A program made the translations under genes and the position numbers. 32,000 bases of DNA from Wolbachia endosymbiont of Drosophila innubila (lineage in GTDB: Bacteria; Pseudomonadota; Alphaproteobacteria; Rickettsiales; Anaplasmataceae): the NCBI RefSeq assembly GCF_021378375.1, contig NZ_CP076228.1, positions 930,001-962,000 of the forward strand. Reading direction: 5' to 3'. Shown here piece after piece: positions 27,658 through 32,000 of the stretch (within the stretch, counting starts at the first letter, position 1; each line of letters starts with the position of its first letter). The notes beneath the pieces are model-generated. The model saw nothing but the letters and a program-made list of their open reading frames with translations. It ran no database searches and was not told where the DNA came from.

Positions 27658-28932
27658 CTATACAGAAACTCTGCGATACCAAAATAAATAAAGAGGTACG
27701 CCACTTGCAGTGAATAAGCTTGCGATCAGCAAGGTATTCACAGAAGTTTCAAATATTACCCAGCAGCAAAAGGTTGTTGCTATACTGCCAATTAAAAATT
27801 TGTAACAACTCTTTTCTTGCACAATAACTTTGAGAAAAGCAAGACTGCATGCAAGGTAAACAAATAAAAATGAAACTACAGAAAAGTCGATAATTGATGT
27901 GATCTGCTTAGCAAAATTGTTGCTTGAAGTGAGGATTAGTAAAGTTGCAGTTCCAACTGAGCTAGTTGTTATGCCCCAGAAAGGAGAACCGTGCTTGTTT
28001 CTTTGAGCAAAAAACTGTGGCATCAGTTTATCTTTTGCAAGGCCAAGGGCCACTTGTCCACTAGCTAGTACCCAAGCGTTTAAAGTACCAACACAAAAAA
28101 TGAACGCAGTTATAGAAATAATCAAGTGCCAATTGCCAGAGGCCATAATTTTTATTGCGTCAACATATGGTGCTCTTGAACTTGCTAAATCATTGCCATT
28201 TATTAATCCCATAATTGCAAGATTGTTGATAAAATACACAACAGCAACAGAGATTGTTCCAAGTACCACAGCTCTTGGTATTGTTCTAGCTGGATTATCA
28301 ACTGACCCTGCAGGTGCTGTTGCCAATTCAACTCCAATAAAACCCCATAGAGTAATAAGTGTAGAACGGGCAAGAATCTGCGATGTTGTAAGATTTGATA
28401 TTTCTTCACTTATGATGAAGTTATTTCTATCAAAAAAAAACAATGCTGCTATAGGTATTACAAGCAATACAGAAATTTTTATCACCGTCAATAAAAACTC
28501 AACACGTCCAGCAGTAGCTACTCCTCTAAAATTTATTAGTGTAATAATTGTAAGTAATAACATCTCTAAAAACAGATGTACGTTTTGAATATCTTCATGG
28601 AAAAATGGTGTAAGATAACCAACACCCACAACTATTACGGCTGTTGTGCTAACCCATGAGCTCACCCAATACGTCCAACCAACAAAAAAAGCTGCAGCAG
28701 GGCCAAAAGCATGCTTTACATAGACGTGAGGGCCACCCGTTTCCGGAAATTTTGCGCAGAGTGAGGCAAAAACTAAAGCAAGAGATATAGCACCAAGCCC
28801 TGATATTATCCAGCTTATAAGGCTATACATGCCATATGGAGCAAGGCTAATTGGAAGCATAAAAATTCCAGAGCCAATTTGGCTGCTAATCACTAAGGCA
28901 AAAATAGCCCAAAAACCTATTTTATTTGACAC
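27658..28932 (-). CDS. APC-superfamily amino acid permease
   Basis: 424 aa with about 12 hydrophobic segments. The N-terminal FWAIFALVISSQIGSGIFMLP motif is typical of amino acid/polyamine transporters. The substrate is not assignable. Confidence 0.85.
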   Translation of the reverse strand: MSNKIGFWAIFALVISSQIGSGIFMLPISLAPYGMYSLISWIISGLGAISLALVFASLCAKFPETGGPHVYVKHAFGPAAAFFVGWTYWVSSWVSTTAVIVVGVGYLTPFFHEDIQNVHLFLEMLLLTIITLINFRGVATAGRVEFLLTVIKISVLLVIPIAALFFFDRNNFIISEEISNLTTSQILARSTLITLWGFIGVELATAPAGSVDNPARTIPRAVVLGTISVAVVYFINNLAIMGLINGNDLASSRAPYVDAIKIMASGNWHLIISITAFIFCVGTLNAWVLASGQVALGLAKDKLMPQFFAQRNKHGSPFWGITTSSVGTATLLILTSSNNFAKQITSIIDFSVVSFLFVYLACSLAFLKVIVQEKSCYKFLIGSIATTFCCWVIFETSVNTLLIASLFTASGVPLYLFWYRRVSV

Positions 28933-29006
28933 AATAATTCTTATCTAAATAGATTAACAATATACCCTAAACTCAGAAATTTCAATTGATCTTTTAACAT
29001 AAAAAC

Positions 29007-29035
29007 TTGCATTTTTTTCAATTTATTCCTAAAAT
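29007..29035 (+). promoter_or_regulatory. candidate sigma70-type promoter for the 463-aa ORF
   Basis: TTGCAT (29007..29012), a 17-nt spacer, then TAAAAT (29030..29035), 32 nt before the ATG. Such matches are common in AT-rich sequence. Confidence 0.3.
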
Positions 29036-29067
29036 AGATTATATTAACAGATTATTAAGAGGGGGTT

Positions 29068-30459
29068 ATGAATCCGAGATTAAAAGCATTTTTGGTTGTT
29101 TGTAGTATTATTGCATTTTTGATTGCACTTTTGTTTCTCGTGTATTATTTAAATCTTCTTGTTAACTATATCCTTGACTCGATTCTAGTTCGTCCCTTTG
29201 AAAGATTATACAAAAACTTAATTGTTGATGGTCTTTATGCCTATTTATCTACAAGCACTTCTAGCCCTGCACTAGCATTTTTGGCTACAGGTTTTATTGT
29301 TATTGCTGCGTTTATTTGCCTGAATAAAATGCTTCTTCCCTTGCAAGAGAAGATCATAAACAACTATACCTCCTTTAAAAACAACAATATTGATAGCAAT
29401 AGCATGTTGTTTGAGGTTTATAAAGATCCAACAATAAAATTAAAGGACAAAATCTTATTCTTCAGTATACACTTGATATATTACCTACAGCTTCCATTTT
29501 TGTATATTGCATCAAAGGTATCAGCTCTACGTGGGTTTCTTATATTTAATTTTGGTTTATTATTGTTAAATTATGCACTGCTAATTCCAGTAGCACTTCT
29601 TGAGTTAATAAAATATCCATCAGTAAAACTCTTTTCACCTTTGGGTTTGAATGTAAAGCAGCTAAGCTTTTTGTTTAATGTAAGTGATGTGGGTACTAGT
29701 AGTCAGAGCGTTCATACTAGAAGTTTTCAGCAAAGCGTTATTGAATGTGCCAAAAAATTAAAGGAAGAACATGGTACGCCGTTAAATGAGTTGGATGAAG
29801 AGTTTAAAAGTTATATAAGCGGTTTAACAAGTCAGCAAAAACGAATGATAGAACCTTATCTAAGATTGGATGGTTATGAAACTGGGGAGTGGGTAAATTG
29901 GGCAGATTCACAAACCGGATTGACATTGACACAGGCTATAAATTTAGTTTTAATTGCGGCAAGAAAGCAAAATGCAGATATAGAATTATTGAAGTCTATA
30001 TTACTGGTTCGCTTTGAGGAAAGTAATCGCCAATGTGGTCCTGGAATGCTCAACCGTATCATTTATGCATTAAGTGGTCTTAAAGCGGAAAATAATTTTG
30101 CAGCTCAACTAGAGCCTCAGCCAATAGGAAAGTTGGCTAGTGATGCTACTAAAAGATTTCTTGAGAAATATGTGGATAAGCACTACCATAAAATAAAAGT
30201 TTTGAAAGAAAATTTTGATAATTTGTATTCACCAAGTTCTGGGGTGGATTTGAGCAGCGTGAGTGATGAAGTAAAGGATGGCATTTCTTATACAAGAGAT
30301 GCTATAAAAGAATTTGTGTTTAAGGAATTATATGTAAAGTTTTATAACGACTATGGAGAACATATTCGGAGAGGGCAAATAAAACAAAGGCTAAGAGAAT
30401 TAATAACAGATGAAGTCATAGATGCAGCAATATCTTATAAGAGGTTGTTCGGAAACTAG
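29068..30459 (+). CDS. hypothetical membrane-anchored protein (463 aa), 3' end fused to IS terminus
   Basis: The N-terminal ~190 aa hold about 5 hydrophobic segments and the C-terminal ~270 aa are soluble and mixed-charge. I recognise no family. The last 20 nt, including the stop, are identical to the start of the neighbouring IS unit. Confidence 0.6.
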   Translation: MNPRLKAFLVVCSIIAFLIALLFLVYYLNLLVNYILDSILVRPFERLYKNLIVDGLYAYLSTSTSSPALAFLATGFIVIAAFICLNKMLLPLQEKIINNYTSFKNNNIDSNSMLFEVYKDPTIKLKDKILFFSIHLIYYLQLPFLYIASKVSALRGFLIFNFGLLLLNYALLIPVALLELIKYPSVKLFSPLGLNVKQLSFLFNVSDVGTSSQSVHTRSFQQSVIECAKKLKEEHGTPLNELDEEFKSYISGLTSQQKRMIEPYLRLDGYETGEWVNWADSQTGLTLTQAINLVLIAARKQNADIELLKSILLVRFEESNRQCGPGMLNRIIYALSGLKAENNFAAQLEPQPIGKLASDATKRFLEKYVDKHYHKIKVLKENFDNLYSPSSGVDLSSVSDEVKDGISYTRDAIKEFVFKELYVKFYNDYGEHIRRGQIKQRLRELITDEVIDAAISYKRLFGN

Positions 30460-30464
30460 TAAAT

Positions 30465-31294
30465 TCAAGCATATTCCCTCTTTAACATAACCCTACTCAT
30501 AGCTAGGTATATGAAATTCTCAGTGGATGTTGTGAGTAAATCATACTCCTTCGATAGCCTTCTATTCCTATTAACCCAAGCAAAAGTCCTTTCTACAACC
30601 CATCTTCTTGGCTGTACTTTAAACCCTTGTTCTCTTGTTGGTAGTAGCTCAGGTGGCGTATCTTTGTGCACCCAAAATCTACATGGAGGCCTTTTAACAA
30701 TTTCAATATCTATGTCATATTCTTCCTTTATGTGATTCTTTAAATTTCTTCCTTGGTATCCCATGTCAGCCCACATTTTTTTAACTTTAGTATATTTTGT
30801 TCTCATATTGTTTAATGCTATTTTAATACCATCTCTATCATTTTCGTTAGCAGCGCCTACGTAACAACCTAGTATAAAACCCTGAGTGTCTGTAATTATA
30901 TGCCTTTTTCTACCCTTTACTTTTTACTTCCATCATAGCTTTGATCCCCCTTTTCTGTAGTCTTTACAGATTGACTATCTACTATACAGGCACTCGGCTG
31001 CTCATTCTTTCCTATTTTTCTTCTACTATATTTTGTAATTTCATAATTCATTTTCTCAAAAATTCCCTGCTTCTTCCATTGCCTGAACTGCTCATACACA
31101 GTCTTCCATAGCGGAAAATCATTTGGTAAATACCGCCATTGACACCCTGTACGCAATACATAGAAAATTGCTTCTAATATTTCTTTTTTGCTATACTTTG
31201 GCAGCCTTCCTCCTTTCTTGTATGATACTCTGAAGTGTTTTTCTATTCTTGCCCATTCCCTTTCGCTTAGATCTGTTGGATACTTTTTTCTCAT
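30465..31294 (-). CDS. IS5-family transposase, orfA (31294..30917) plus orfB joined by a putative -1 frameshift
   Basis: orfA is MRKKYPTDLSEREWARIEKHF...CQWRYLP, an HTH/DUF4096-type N-terminus, ending ...IVDSQSVKTTEKG. The -1 frame continues KVKGRKRHIITDTQGFILG...WADMGYQG...VERTFAWVNRNRRL (DDE blocks). The frames overlap at the AAAAAG run. Confidence 0.78.
30920..30925 (-). promoter_or_regulatory. candidate -1 ribosomal frameshift site (A-AAA-AG on the coding strand)
   Basis: The coding strand reads GGA AGT AAA AAG TAA. The -1 frame is closed by TAA just upstream and opens exactly at AAA-GTA-AAG-GGT. The frameshift window is therefore confined to the AAAAAG run. Confidence 0.5.
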
Positions 31295-31324
31295 CTTTAC
31301 CCCGTACTAAAATTTCAGATATTA

Positions 31325-32000
31325 GAGGTTGTTCGGAAACTAGTAAATTCAAGCATATTCCCTCTTTAACATAACCCTACTCATAGCTAGGTATATGAAA
31401 TTCTCAGTGGATGTTGTGAGTAAATCATACTCCTTCGATAGCCTTCTATTCCTATTAACCCAAGCAAAAGTCCTTTCTACAACCCATCTTCTTGGCTGTA
31501 CTTTAAACCCTTGTTCTCTTGTTGGTAGTAGCTCAGGTGGCGTATCTTTGTGCACCCAAAATCTACATGGAGGCCTTTTAACAATTTCAATATCTATGTC
31601 ATATTCTTCCTTTATGTGATTCTTTAAATTTCTTCCTTGGTATCCCATGTCAGCCCACATTTTTTAACTTTAGTATATTTTGTTCTCATATTGTTTAATG
31701 CTATTTTAATACCATCTCTATCATTTTCGTTAGCAGCGCCTACGTAACAACCTAGTATAAAACCCTGAGTGTCTGTAATTATATGCCTTTTTCTACCCTT
31801 TACTTTTTACTTCCATCATAGCTTTGATCCCCCCTTTTCTGTAGTCTTTACAGATTGACTATCTACTATACAGGCACTCGGCTGCTCATTCTTTCCTATT
31901 TTCTTCTACTATATTTTGTAATTTCATAATTCATTTTCTCAAAAATTCCCTGCTTCTTCCATTGCCTGAACTGCTCATACACAGTCTTCCATAGCGGAAA
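31325..32000 (-). pseudogene. IS5-family insertion sequence, copy B (tandem, cut by window end, frames broken)
   Basis: It is identical to copy A over the 676 nt present, except for three homopolymer-length differences. These are T7/T6 at 30776..30782 versus 31660..31665, C5/C6 at 30946..30950 versus 31829..31834, and T5/T4 at 31015..31019 versus 31899..31902. Each one breaks orfA or orfB. Confidence 0.78.

Larger units (their letters stand above)
30441..31324 (-). mobile_element. IS5-family insertion sequence, two-ORF type, copy A (apparently intact)
   Basis: An 884-bp unit defined by its exact head-to-tail repetition at 31325. It contains orfA and orfB on the minus strand. The precise termini are not resolved. 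Confidence 0.8.

Noticed and set aside
20397-30735. Other embedded ORFs (20397..20612, 20446..20661, 21291..21497, 21690..21890, 25202..25405, 25761..26015, 28100..28588, 28203..28409, 29874..30062, 30511..30735, and 31395..31619 just beyond this span)
   Set aside because: All are antisense or out-of-frame within qor, ctaG, the BI-1 gene, asd, the 154-aa ORF, the permease, the 463-aa ORF or the IS transposase. None has independent support.
31295-31360. Junction promoter created by the abutted IS ends (TTGAAT ... TAATAT on the minus strand)
   Set aside because: The candidate -35 and -10 hexamers are separated by about 22 nt, too far for a sigma70 promoter. I could not find a better-spaced pair.

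Overview
AT-rich bacterial chromosome segment with Rickettsiales/Anaplasmataceae-type housekeeping genes: nuoB-nuoC, mdh, tyrS, ruvAB, purF, rodA, mraY, rnhB, asd, ctaG, an NDUFA12-like gene and a stand-alone virB9. By protein recognition it looks most like a Wolbachia-type endosymbiont, but I cannot confirm this without a database search. I support about 30 protein-coding genes, mostly short operons with 4- or 8-nt start/stop overlaps. No tRNA, rRNA, CRISPR array or prophage module was seen by eye. Roughly one fifth of the window is mobile or repetitive DNA. This comprises two copies of a ~1.05-kb IS5-family element with broken transposase frames (6022..7094, 18458..19505) and a 327-bp transposase-less element carrying the same 17-bp termini (24146..24472). 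It also includes an IS110-family element with a single frameshift and a structured 190-nt non-coding left end (26294..27470). A head-to-tail tandem pair of an 884-bp two-ORF IS5-family element sits at 30441 to the window end. A family of short hairpin-forming modules fills most long intergenic regions and flanks every IS. The most interesting items are the candidate IS110 bridge-RNA region and an IS-derived C-terminus and stop codon on a 463-aa orphan membrane protein. Also notable are a translationally coupled orphan gene pair downstream of ruvB, and a small disordered protein with an NPIYD motif. All functional calls rest on motif recognition and reading frames, not on searches.
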